Source: Octopus sinensis (taxonomy: Eukaryota). From it: a DNA stretch of 64,000 nt. Positions 38,301 through 51,579 of the stretch are shown in pieces. The DNA lies in NCBI RefSeq assembly GCF_006345805.1, contig NC_042997.1, positions 113,832,001 to 113,896,000 of the forward strand, in the 5' to 3' direction. The translations under genes were made by a program, and so were the position numbers. The notes under the pieces are model-generated. The model was not told the origin of the DNA, made no database searches, and was given only the letters and a program-made list of their open reading frames with translations. Within the stretch, counting starts at the first letter, position 1; the number at the start of each line of letters is the position of its first letter.

Positions 38301-39992
38301 GTAGAAACTCTGCCAGATCAGATTGGAGCCTGGTGCGGTCATCTGGTTCGCCAGTCCTTAGTCAAATTGTCCAACCCATGCCAGCATGGAAAGTGGACAT
38401 TAAACGATGATGATGATGACATTTCAACAACAAAATCTTATATGGACTCGCAAGGGTCATATGGACCCTGCTTAAGAAATACTGGCTTAGTCAAATCAAT
38501 CAACTTCAGCATCATCATCATTTAACATCCATTGTCCATGCTAGCATGGGTTAAATGGTTTGACCAGGCTGGCACACTAGAAGGCTGCACCAGACTCCAT
38601 TTTCTATGGCTGGATGCCCTTCCTAATGCCAGCCACTCTGAGAGTGTAATGGGTGCTTTTACATGCCACCAGTCTCTGCCATATATGTGTGTATGTGTCC
38701 TTGGGTATCAAACTACACTCAAGCACACCTTCTGCTTGATAACTGGTGTTTGCTTGGTTTTACGTCACTGTAACTTTGTGGTTCAGCAAAAGACACTAAC
38801 AGAATAAGTACAAGACTTTAAAAAAAAATAAACATAAGTACTAGGGACAATTTGTTCAACTAAAACCCTTCAAGGCAGTGCTCCAGCATGGCCACAGTCC
38901 AATGAGTGGAACAATTAAAAATATGCGAGTGCTTGTAAAATACTTCTGGTAACATTGCTTTTCTCTTTTACTTCCAGGTTTTGGAGGAAGACTTGGCTGT
39001 GTGAGTGATCTGGTAGATGGAAACTGAAAGAAACCTGTCATATATATACATGTGCGTGTGAGTTTTTTCTGTGTTTGTACCCCACTACTGATTGACAACC
39101 AGTGTTGGTGTGTTTATGCCCCTGCAACTTAGCATTTCGACAAAAGAGATCAATAGAATCAGTAACAGGCTTTTAAAAAAAAAAGACTAAGTACTAGGGT
39201 TGATTCATTCAAGTAAAATTCTCCAAGGTGGTGCCACAGTGTAATGACTGAAACAAGTAAAAGATAAAAGATTAGAGATTGGTAAGTTTAATGGCTGCTA
39301 ATTTCTGTTCAAACTATTGCAAGTCAACACTTGCAGGAGAGACATGAGCAAGGAAGAGATTCCAACAGTCCAATATTCTTGGGAGGGAAGAACTGGGAAG
39401 AGTAAGTTGGTGCATAGTTGGATGGAATTCATACAGGCGGACTTTCTACAAGCAGATGCCCTTCCTGTTACGAGCCCGCCTCCTCGTCGCCGTCATCATC
39501 ATTATCCGTCGTTTAACGTCTGCTTTCCACACTGGCATGGGTTGGACGGTGTGACTGAGGACTGGTGAGCCAGAAGGCTGCACCAGGCTCCAATCTGATC
39601 TGGCAAAGTTTCTACAGCTAGATGCCCTTCCTAATGCCAACCACTCTGAGAATGTAGTGGATGCTTTTATGTGCCACGAGAGCCAGTCAGGCAGTTCTGG
39701 CAATGACCACACACTCAAAAGGTGTTTTTTACGTGCCACCAGCACTGGCAACGACCATGCCTCAATAAATGAATTTATTAACATAATTCATTATTAAGCT
39801 GGTATTTGGAACATAAATTAACACAATTATTTTAAGCATTGAGCATTTAAACTGGCTTGATCTAATGCAAAATATTCTACCTGTTATACATTCAAACTGA
39901 CTAGATTCGGCTTCGCACACCTGTCCCACAGAGTCATGTTAAAACTAAATCACATCATTGAAATTTCAAAGCTATGAGATAATGCATGATTA

Positions 39993-42900
39993 CATTATTT
40001 ACATTTGACAGATATTTGTCCTCATCTTGTTTGTTGTTAACACATTTTGGCTGATATACCCTCCAGCCTTCATCAGGTGTCTTGGGGAAATTTCGAACCT
40101 TGATTCTCATTCCTAAGGTATTTTTTGATATTAACACCAACAGATACAGCAACACCACCGCTACCAACAGAACCAACAATTTTTCGCCCTGCTGCTGAAG
40201 TGGACCCGACAGCCATCCCCTTTCCGGATCAGGACAGCTCGGATTGTGTGAGCACTGATACCGAGAGAAGTGAATGGCACACAGTGCCTCCGAAGAAGAA
40301 GAGGAGGAAGAAGCAAAAAGACAACACAAGTACAAACATTACAGATTTTATAATACCTACACACAACACACCACCAGCACACATTCTCACCATTAAAATA
40401 AACGAAAAGATATACAATGACATAAAAGAGAAATTCCCTAACAATGTTGGATCGCTAGGGAGAAGTTTCTCAAAAAAACTTTATAAAAACATAGTGGAAA
40501 CACCCGTGCAAAAGCACAAGGGAGCCACCCCCACCACCACCAACAACAACAGTAAGTAGAGCCTTTTTCTCCTTTTTTTTGTCACCTTTTGAAACATGGC
40601 AAAACTTAGAATCGGTTGCTTGAATGTGAGAGGCTTCGGGTCACCTGTTAAACGACCTGAGGTTTCACAGTGTGGATGTAGCAGCCATTAGTGAAACCAG
40701 GATCTCCGACCCGCAGGAACTCGCAGCCCTTTTCGGCGGATACGAGATCTTTCTATCTCCGTGTCGGCCAGGAGCGGGCGGTGGTGGTACTGCAGTGTTG
40801 TTTCGGAAGGGCCTGGACTTGAAAATAAGGACAGTCTTCCTGGATCCAGAAGGTAAATTGGTGGTCCTCAACGTAGATGGTAGTGATGGCGGTGCTTTCA
40901 GACTGCTGGCTGCCTACGCTCCGACAGGAGCAGGGCAGTCGGATTATTTCAAACGTCTGGAAGTTTTCCTGGGAACGTCACGCACTCTAGTGCTAGTTGG
41001 GGATTGGAACGCTGTCTTAGACAAACATTTCGATCGGTTGGGCAGGGGAGCATCTGATAGGAGAGGGGGGTGCAAGAGCCTCGCCAACCTACTCGGGCGC
41101 TTTCAGGTGTCCGACAGGTTTCGACTAGACAAACCGAATGTGCCAATGTGGACTTGGACCAATCGCATCGGGTGTCTCGATCGTACTTAGAGTGTTTTGT
41201 AGGCCAGCGGATAAGGACAGCATAGGGTGTCCACAATTCCTCCTAATCGACTATACGGACCGCAAATTCGTGATCCATACGGTCGACTTAGGCTACATAG
41301 ACAGGGACCCGGCTACTGGAAGCTGAACGTGTCGTTAACGGAGTGCAAAGCCTACAGAGACCGGATTAGTTTATTAGTTAAACGGGCGCTCATGGGGGCA
41401 ATCATCAACAACTGGTGGTTTGCCCTCAAGAGAGCAATTAGAGCAGAGTCGATTAGGTTTAGTAAGGCTCTAGCTGTAGAACGTAGGAAAACGGAGCAGG
41501 ATTTAGTTAGAAAACTAGACGAGGCTCTTGAGACAGGCATCGCAACCGACATGTTGGCAGCTAGGTTGGCCCTCAACCAACACTTTGACGCCAAACACAA
41601 AGGCTGTGTTGTCAGAGCTAAGGCGCGTTCGCTAAGCGGGGAGGGGACTAAGGCCGCTCGATGAGCCCACGTGGCGGAGGCGAAGCGGGGCAACAAAGCG
41701 ACCATTCGGTCTTTGGTGGACCAGAACGGGTACAAGGTTTCCAAGCCGAAGCAGATGTGTGCGGTGTTTCAGCGGCACTTTGCTCAACTGTTTGGGAAGA
41801 ATGGTGGGACGGACGACGGTACAAACTTCGGTGTGTACCTGGATGGCCTACCGCAACTCTCAGACGGCGAGGCAGAGTGCTACGAAAGGCCGATATCTGC
41901 CTGGGGAATGGAGGAAGCGATGAAAAGCTGCACAAGAGGTAGATCGCCGGGTTTGGATGGTCTGCCCTACGAGCTTTACATTTCAATGCCAGACTTGTTT
42001 GCAGGCCTCTTGGCAAACGTCTACTGCAACTGGCAGCAAAACGGGAGAATTCCTGCTTTTGTTGAGGAGTGGTGGCTTTGCTGAGAAAGGACCCAAACAA
42101 GGGGGACATCATAGGCAACTTTCGGCCCATCACTCTGCTCAATGCAGAGCTGAAGATTTTGGCCAAGGTGTTAGCCAAGAGATTGGCGCTTGTTGTGGAC
42201 AAGCTGGTAGGCAAGGCGCAGACATGCACCGTGCCGACCAGATCGATACATGATAATCTCAATCTCATGCGCTACACCATAGAGAGGGTGGGTAACGACG
42301 CTGGCGCGGGTGGGGCTTCGATCAATTTAGATCAGAGTAAAGCCTTCGATAGGGTCGACCATCGATACCTGGCAGCCGAATTCGGTCTTCTGCGGGTGGA
42401 TCGCTGCTTTATACAGCAACATCTGCTCAGTAATATGGGTGAACGGTCACCTTTCAGAGCCGTTTGACATCTCGCGTTCAGTCTGCCAAGGATGCCTTTT
42501 CTCCTTCCTCTTGTACGTATTGACTCTCGAGCCATTACTGTGCAAGTTGGAGGCTTTGAGGGGTATCCCGCGCTATCTAGGAGGTTGGAAACAGCGTGTC
42601 TGCCTATGCCGACGACGTCACCATGATGGTGTCGAACCACAGGCACATTGACCTGATTTGCGAGACGCTAAACGAATACGAAGTGGTGACAGGAGCAAAA
42701 ATTAACGTGGAAAAGTCCGTGGGCTTGCAACAAGGCACCTGGAGAGGCAAATCCAACAGCGTCGTAGAGCGCTGGACAGACGGACCTGTTAAATTGCTCG
42801 GGGTCTGGTTCAGTCCAGACCTCCAGGTGGATAAAAACTGGGAAGAGGTGACGAGCAGAGTGGCCAATCTCACCCAGAAATGGACCGAGAGGAAGCTGTC

Positions 42901-44358
42901 TCTGAAAGGTCGAGCAGAGGTGGAGGAATGCATACATCACATCCGTCATCTATTACCGCTTGACCGTCGTCCCTTGTCCCGACCGCTGGTTGGCCAAGCT
43001 GGTACGCCTGCTCTTCGACTTTTTGTGGAAGGGTCAGGTGCCACTGTTCAGGCGATCCATCTGCTGTCAACAACCGCTGAACGGAGGCCTTGGCATGCCG
43101 TGGTTACTGATGCACAGACATGCACTCAGGCTACAACATCTCAAGCGTTTCCTAGACGGTGAACAGGTGTGGTCGTCCTTTGTCAGACACGACCTTCCGC
43201 AGCTCATCTCTTTGACAGAGCTGCAGACCTGGATCAAACGTAGACCGAGAAAGGGCGCTTGGCACCTCGAGTGCCATCAAGCTCTCTCCGCCCTCTGCCA
43301 AGCAGGCAATGCGATCAGTTTTAGTTCCACTCTAGCTTTCTATAGAGTGTTAGTGGAGGAAAAATGCGATGACGTTCACGGGGAAACTATAGGCGTTGAT
43401 GATAACGAACTGAGCAGTCTGTTTGGGAGAACTTTCGGGCCGGGGCCAATGGATAATTTCCAAAGGTCCCTCGCCTGGCAGTGCTACTGAGGAGCTCTGC
43501 CTGTTCGAGATAAACTCTACCGGCATGGAAGTGCCGGACCTGCCCGAGGTGTTGCCAGGACGACGAAACCGTTCTGCATGCACTCGTCCAGTGCCCAAGT
43601 ATTGCTGAACTATGGGTTTATGTCGAACAGCTACTGTCACATGTAGGACGGATCCGGCTATCAGCTGAATCCATAGTGAAGATTGCCCCGCCGACCTCCT
43701 TTAACAAGGAGGGCAAGACCGTTTTCCTGTGCCTAGTGGCTGTGGCAAAAGTGGTTGTATGGTGGAGCCGTTTGAAAGGGCTAAAGTCAGACACTTTCCT
43801 CTTTGGTCAAGGCCTCATCAACTTTTTCAAGTTTCACTTGTAAAGGAAGATGAGGTTAGAGAGGAGAGTGCTGTCTGATAGCAAGTTTTCTGAAAGGTGA
43901 GTGAATTGTGCAAGAATGGCCAGTATAAATGGACCAATTCTGAGGTTTCGCCTGTAATTGAAAAAGGTATTATAAAAGAAGGGGCTCTCTACCCCTTTGA
44001 CCAGGCTCCCGTGGCTTTTATGGGTTTCTCCACGTGAGACCTTTTCTTTTTTCGAAGTGTCTCCTCTATTGGGAGTTTTTCGTTGTTAAAATTTTTGATT
44101 GTTAAACTGCTGTTTACTGGGGGTTTTTTTTCACAAACGGACAAAACCTTTTGTAACCTTTCGTCCTGTTTTGTTCCTTTGTTTTCCAATCATATTTGTC
44201 AGCCCTTGTGGCCAATAAAAGAATTAATTATTATTATTATTATTCAGGTCACTGCCTGGAATCAAACTCAGAATCTTGGGGTTAGTAGCCTACGCTCTTA
44301 ACCACTACGCCATAATAATGTAATTAATGTACATAATTCCCCAACTTTTAAATATAGA
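39993..44358 (-). mobile_element. tRNA-headed SINE-like element with Penelope/hammerhead-like tail, split by the Tx1 LINE (parts ~39993-40136 and ~44227-44358)
   Basis: tRNA-like head at 44246-44312 (A box TGGCGTAGTGGTTAAG, B box GTTTGATTCC), then (AAT)n, then CTGATGA-hairpin core at 40045-40080. 12-bp direct repeat AATGCATGATTA at 39981-39992 and 44359-44370. Confidence 0.7.
40137..44226 (+). mobile_element. Tx1/L1-clade non-LTR retrotransposon, 5'-truncated and decayed (ORF1 C-terminus, ORF2 = AP endonuclease + RT + CCHC finger)
   Basis: ORF2 starts at 40596 (MAKLRIGCLNVRG). Motifs seen: DVAAISET, LVLVGDWN, GRSPGLDGLP, NFRPITLLNAELKILAK, LDQSKAFDRVDH, AYADDV (~42601) and CPRCCQDDETVLHALVQCP (~43545). 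Multiple frameshifts and stops. AATAAA at 44214, then (ATT)n. Antisense in intron 2 of the MIase-like gene. Confidence 0.93.
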
Positions 44359-47105
44359 AATGCATGATTAATTCAAAACAAAGTGAATAAATAAAGATTA
44401 CATGAGAAAGCCACTGATGTTAGGAAGGCCATCTAGCCATAGAAACCACGTCACAACGGACAATTGGAGTCTGGACAGCTCCCTGCTAACCAACTCCATA
44501 TCAAACCATCCAACCCCTGCCAGCATGGAAAGCAGACATTAAGCAATGATGATGATTTGACAGAGCAATCTAAATACAAAGCATTTGTATCATAGAACCA
44601 GGGGTGGATTCACACAGATTAGTATGAAAAGGGTCAAACTTTGTTTAGTTCGTTTCCTCTCTTGCTGTGAGTATTTGATGTTGGTTTAGTCTAAAGTTTC
44701 AGTACAAGGGAAGTCAGCATTTTTTAAATTAATTTTTGTCAATATTTCTACCCATGCCCTACCCTAGAAACTTTGCAGCCTGACAGTATCAAGGTTTCTA
44801 TTTTTAACCATCAAAGAAACAAACCATTCCAATGCAGAAGGGATGGGAGGAAGCTCTCCATAGCTTAATCGACCAGTTAAAAAAAAGCAGCCAATTCTAT
44901 CTCAAACAGTATAATTAATTGTCTTCAGAAAAAAAAATCTGGGGTACATAATGCATGAAAATATATGGAAAAGTCATTGCTGAATGTCTTTAATGAAAAG
45001 TTTGTTCAATCAGAACTGACCTGGGGCTAAACAACTTTTTTTTTTCTTTACTACCCACAAGGGGCTAAACACAGAGGGGACAAACAAGGACAGACAAATG
45101 CATTAAGTCGATTACATCGATCCCAGTGCGTAACTGGTACTTAATTCATCGACCCCGAAAGGATGAAAGGCAAAATTGACCTCAGCGGAATTTGAACTAA
45201 TTTTGTATGTGAAATCATGGTTCAACCCTTTTGCATTCAGATTTCTCAGTCACGTGTAGAGAATATTTATTGTCATGGTTTTGAATTAAATACGCATCAT
45301 CCCATAGCTTTGAGAGTTCAATAACATTATTGCTGCATTCATAGAATAACATTGTAGGATAGGTGTGAGAGATCAGATGTGGTTGGTTTGAACATAAAAC
45401 AGATAAAATATTCATGTTACGCATGGCTAGTTCAAATGTGAAGATTTAAATTCACGTTCAGAATAAAACCTTTTATAAAAACTTGTCTAACTTTTCTAGA
45501 TTTATTTCTTTACATCCATTCTAACTTTTTCAAGTCAACAATAGGTGAGAGAGTGTTCGCAAATCTTCATATTTGCATAGTGTTGGTGCAGTTATTTTTA
45601 CCTTCCTGAATGCTCATTCTGATCATAATCAGCTACTGAGAGTGGTACATCTTATCTAACAAGCAGACTGAGGTGGTCTTGCCTAGAGATAACACTATGG
45701 TCATAATGTTTCAACTCAACATCATCTAATTATAAAGCACCATTCGAGCGTGGTCATTGCCAGTGCCGCCTGACTGGCGTCCGTGCTGGTGGCACATAAA
45801 ATCACCATTCAAACATGGTTGATGCTAGTACTGCCTGATTGGCATGTAAAAAGCACCCACTACACTCTTGGAGTGGTTGGCATTGGAAGGGCATCCAGCT
45901 GTAGAAACCTTCTCAGATCAGATTGGAGCTTGGTACAACTTTCTGGGTTGCCAGTCCTTAGTCAAAACGTCCAATCCATGCCAGACGATGATGATATCAA
46001 ACACTATAACCAGTCTCTGTACCCCATTTTCAATAAGAAAATCTACATCACAAGCGTGGCTGTATAGTTAAGTAAGTCGTTTTCCAACACTGGTTTCAGG
46101 CTTAGTCCTACTGTATTGCAATGTGCACAAATGCCTACTATAACCGCAGGGTGATCAAAGCCCCCCCACACACACGAGTGTCCACCCTTATTCTAACATT
46201 ATATAATTGTTCTAAGTAAGCATCACCATCAAACAGTGTCATTTGTTTCCAGTCTTACAGGAAAACATGCCTGGTGGAGGGGGAATATTAACTTGCTTGG
46301 AAACAGGTGAGAGTTAGCAACAGGAAAGGCATCTGGCTGTAAAAAATATGCCACAACAGATAGCATCTGATCCATGCAAGCATAGAAAAGTAGATGTTAA
46401 AATGATGAATTACACAAAAGGATCGCATGTATCAGCAAAATGAATGCAGGTATATATCAAACAAAAAATAACATTGTTCATTTGAAATAAGAACAACATA
46501 AGTAATAAAATCATCTCTAAAATAGGTGTTTAGATTACATGTACATTTTTTTTTTTACTACATCCTAAAAAGTTTTTCAAAAAGCACCCATGCTGGTGCT
46601 ACGTAATGAACACCTGTGCCAGCGCCATGCAAGAGGAAACCGTGCCGGCACCACGCAAGAGGAAACCGTGCCGGTGTCACATAAAAAGCACCCAGTACAC
46701 TCTGTAAAGTGGTTGGTGTTAGGAAGAGCACCTAGCGATAGGAACCAAACCAAAACAGACAATTGGAGCATAATGCAGCTCTCTGGCTTGCCAGCACCTG
46801 TCAAGCCATCCAACCCATGCCAGCTTGGAAGACAAATGTTGAATAATGATAATTTAAAAACTACTTATTTCCACCATTTTACATTAATTTTTGCAAGCGA
46901 CTACAGCTGAACAAGTCTTCCCACTTTAGCCTTGCACCACCTACTGCTGCTGTCTTTTGTGATTTCTTTGATGAGGTTCAATGTTCTAAGATTATGCCTC
47001 ACTTTTTCTTCCTCAAACTCCTGCTGGAATGCTGAATATTTCTTCACCAAACTCATCCCCAATATGCATCACATATCTATACTTGTAGTCTTATTTTGCA
47101 CTTAA

Positions 47106-48167
47106 CCCTTTCGTTACCAAACCGCCCAAAGCCGCCCGAAAAAAATTTTGGTTAATGTGACCAAACCACCCGAATTTACCTATTCATATTTAAATGAGAA
47201 TATCAGAGCAAATCTCTTTAGTACATTCGTAAAAACACGTGATTATGCTTCGTAAACAGTTCATCTACAGTTTTGTACAAAGATCGACGTGTAATTTTAA
47301 TTCCCTGAATTTTGGGAGATTTTTTTCCACATTTTTTTCGGCATCGATTTTTCTTCAACTTTGAAAATAGATAGGAGTTTCATGTTCTCAAGCATTGATT
47401 CCGAATTGGAAAATTTGTGAAACAAATACTGGGTACTGTTGTGGATTTAGTTTTTATACAGGGAAACTAATGTTAGTCAGCATGTCTTAGGGTATGATGT
47501 GGTCTGGAAGTTATTGTTTGAAGCGATCAATGTGGAAACAAACTTACGCAGAAAGTAAACAAACACAAAATGGGGGTTCAAATTTCGGAAAATTTGTGAA
47601 GCAAATACTGGGTACTGCGTGGATTTAGTTTTTATACAGGGAAAAATAATGTTAGTCAGCATGGCCTAGGGAACGATGTGGTCTGGAATTTATCACTTCC
47701 ATACCATAACCAGGGCCGTATATTATTTTTTGACCGATTTCTTTAGTTCGGTCAAACTTACGGTGGATTCCAATTTTTCAGTTTATTCCACCTTTATAGT
47801 ACACCTGTTGTGCATTAAATTCAACTGATGATATAGTGATGTGCACAATTCTTTATCAAAATTTTGTTGCATACCCATTTGAATATTAGCTCATGATTCA
47901 TTTTCTATGGTTATGTTTAAACAAAATTTTAATATTTTTACCTTTTGCTCAATTTACCTGTAATTAAAGTCACTTTGAGACAAAAGTTATGCAATAGAAT
48001 TGATTAAGAACCCTTTCTTTAATTATGTTCCAAATATCACATTAATTATGTTGATAAGTAAAAAAGTTACAGTTATTTAATGAACAAGCCTAGATTCATG
48101 ATTATTTTAGAATTTAATTGAAACTCATGAGGGGTGTATTTTGGTCAGAAATATAGTAAAGAAAGGG
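47106..48167. mobile_element. piggyBac-type non-autonomous element
   Basis: TTAA|CCCTTTCGTTACC ... GTAAAGAAAGGG|TTAA, with an internal ~180-bp duplication at ~47400-47700. Confidence 0.8.
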
Positions 48168-49562
48168 TTAATACCCAATTCCTCTTAACCCCTTAGTGTT
48201 TAAACCAGCCATACATAGCCCAAACATTGTACCTGTTTTATGTTGAAACTGGCGAGATCTAGCCTCTCAAACCTACCCTACAATGCCGTTCTAAAAATGA
48301 ACATTCATCATCATCATCGTTTAATATCCGCTTTCCATGCTAGCATGGGTTGGACGATTTTGACTGAGGGCTGGCGAACCAGATGGCTGCACCAGGCTCC
48401 AATCTTGATCTAGCAGAGTTTCTACAGCTGGATGCCCTTCCTAACGCCAACCAATCCGCGAGTTTAGTGGGTGCTTTTACGTGCCAAAATTTCAAAGCTA
48501 CAAGATAAAGCAGGATTAATTCCAAACAATGTGAATAAAGAACCATTATATTTGACAGAGTAATCTAAATGCTACAAGATTAAACAGTTCTTTCCCTTTC
48601 AGCTCACCTGTGCACTGTGGTTTATGTATGCTAACATTACATATCTAGTGGAACCTGTTTGCCTTATTTGAACGAGACAACTGGGTACAACTGTTCGGAA
48701 GCTGATGATTTGTCATGGCTGATTGGGCATTTAGCCTGTTTAGGTGATAGTACCTTTTGGTGATGAAGGTAAGCACATGCATAGAAATATACACATACCT
48801 TGTGATAGTCTTTCAGAATATAATAAAGTTGACTTGTGTTCAAGTCAATATTTATTTACATACATAATACACTATATTCATCTCTTTTTCTCTGTCTCCC
48901 TACCAGGTATTCAGTTCTACTGCATGGCACCTTAGGCAAGTGTCTTCTACTATAGCTCTGAGCAGACCAAACCCTTATAAATGGATTTGATTGAAAGAAA
49001 GTGAATGAAGCCCATCTTACATGTGTGTTTGTCTCCCTGTGCTGACATCATATGATGGCTGTCAGCAAGTGTCACCATCACACAAGCTGTGTCATTCGTT
49101 TCCAGCCTTCTGTGGAAACATGTTCTGCCAAGAGGAAGTATAATCTCACTCAGAAATAGGTGAGGCATGACGACAGGAAAGGCATCCGACCAAAGAAAAT
49201 TTGCTTCAACAAATTCCGTCTCACACATGCAAGCATGGAAAACAAACAAAATTACGATTCCATTACCATTTGGTGTACTATGGTGCAGATTTAAAAAAAA
49301 CTGCTTGTGAACAGTTTACACAGTACTATGTCCATGTAGCTACCTGGAATTAATAAAGCTTTCTGATTCAATATAACTTTTTTAAAAATTAATAAAACTA
49401 AGTATTTTCAAACCCCTGTTTGACGTTCTCAAAATGCACTTTTGTTGTTTTTATGTAATATATATATATATGAAACAACACTGATTAGGCTCCATTTCAC
49501 ATCTTTTTCTAAGACAATGTTAACAAAAATTATTAAAATGAAAGAAAAAATAAAACACATAC

Positions 49563-49590
49563 CTGCAAGTACTCGTCCTTCACCAGAGAC
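49563..49590 (-). CDS. Coding exon 2 (28 nt; VSGEGRVLA) of the MIase-like gene
   Basis: TTTTTTGTAG acceptor and CAG|GTATGT donor. Phase 0 in, phase 1 out. Continues the K-V-x-G-E-x-R motif from exon 1. Confidence 0.85.
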
Positions 49591-51579
49591 CTACAAAAAA
49601 ATTTTTTATAATTTTTTTTTTAATGTAAGTCTTAGATACAATATATAAATAACTAATAATTACATACTTGGAACAAACATGTCTTAATGACTTGAGCCTT
49701 TTTTAAAAAATTGAGATGAAAAGAAAAATCTTTAAAAATTTATATTGATAGGATTAGCGAAAATTTCTGGTTAATTTAAATGTTTCCAAACTTTTATAAA
49801 GTGTCAGTTAACAGAAAGTTGTTATTCTAACCGCTCGATTTTTAACTAATATATTAAAAAGATTAATATTTATCTTGTCTTCAGTAAAGCTAATGTATCA
49901 TCTAGCTGTGGCGTGAAGATACAATTGGCGTAATTATTTGAAAATCGAACATAAAAATAAGCATCAATGCCTGTAATAATATTTAAACAGTGAAAGGGAT
50001 CAAAATTATGGATTGAAAAAGTTATTCACTACTTCCTAATCTCTTGTGCACACAAAGCAGATACAATATATTTCAAGAATTTATGATGAATTTTTAACTT
50101 ATCATCTATTTGCTAATTCCTAAAGCAGTTTCAGAAAATGAAACCTAATACAGAAATAAATGGTATAATACAAGCAAAGAATCAATGACAGTTGAGCAGT
50201 GGAGCGGCATGTCAATATTATGAATTAAATATAAAGAAATACAACTATAAAATATATTTTGTTATCAGGTTTTAATTTTTAACATTACAAATTTGAGTGC
50301 CTTTTTCTTTTCCAAGAATGACATTAGAGTAATTTATATTTGATACAAGAAATATATAAAAGAAATTTATTAAATTATTAAATTCTTACTAAATTAACGA
50401 GTAAAACAAAAAGGAAGACATGTCGTCAAATATGTAATTTAATAAGTTAATGTAATAATCAAAAGACATTCAAATATTCATTGCATTAGATGTGTAAAAT
50501 GGCATTTTTAGGATACTGAGAGCGAGAAAATTCATATTATATAAATGGTCCACAATTTATTAGGGATTTTCATTGACATAAAAATGGCTAAACATTCGAA
50601 ATAAATAATAAAAGTATCTAAAATTAAAAGGAAAATAACGTTCTATGCCAGGCGATCTTTAAAACATGATGAAGCAAACGATATATATATATATATGTAT
50701 GTATGTATATGATTGTCACTCATGATGAGGCGAATGCTGAGGCTACTGTTGTAAAATAGACAATGACATGATTGCTTAATGGGAGACAGAAAATTTCACT
50801 AGGTCAGACACATTTAAGTCCACCACCAAAACCCCTATTTTTTTTTTGAAGAGCACTTCAGTTAATGCAGCAGGGGAAAGAAGTAAAACAAGATAGGAGA
50901 AAAGGGGGTCGGAGTACAATAGAGATTTCTCAACAAAGCGCGCACACAAATTTGATTGGATTTGACAAAACATGCATAAATGCCGGTATACGCTTTGTAT
51001 AGGATTTACGAATATAAATAACAAGATGTATTTAATAGCGTGTGTAAACATATACACTCGTTTAATATATACATATTCTATTTTAATATAAATATACCGG
51101 CTGAAATAGATTCGAGTGTGATGAGGGCTGAGAGTGGTAGTAGCAGCAGCTGTCGGTCCGGTATGAATGAGCCATAGAGAATAATGTAGCGAGTATGAGC
51201 ACACGCCAAGCTCACGTCATTCATTCATTTAGTCGAAGCTACAGACAAAAACCAACAAGCCATAAACCAATATATATAACTATTCATCATAAATAAGGAA
51301 TTAAATAAAAGGTTAAACTACATTTAGAAAGAAAAACGAGATAAATTAGAATGAACTCTTAAAGAAACAAACCGTTAACAGTAGAGGCTATACTGAGCTA
51401 GGCATAGGCGGTTCATATTGGCGAGATACAACCTATTTTTATATACAAATAAGCAAAAATAAAACAAGGAAATTCAAAATAGCAAAAGTCAATACAGAAG
51501 ACGTTTTGACAGCCATTACATCGTGCAACACAACCTGACAGCGAAGACCATTTTTCCTACATGTGGCTTGTCAACTTAC

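Noticed and set aside
44246-44312. tRNA-like sequence (also at 4252, 7165, 7543 and family C heads)
   Set aside because: Acceptor stems are not formed and each continues into a repeat body; these are SINE heads, not tRNA genes.
50660-50745. ATGATGA...CTGA box C/D-like motifs
   Set aside because: No terminal stem, the interval is mostly microsatellite, and no guide complementarity is evident.
50776-51204. 142-aa minus ORF in intron 1
   Set aside because: Non-ATG start, composition driven by AT-rich repeats, no family signal.
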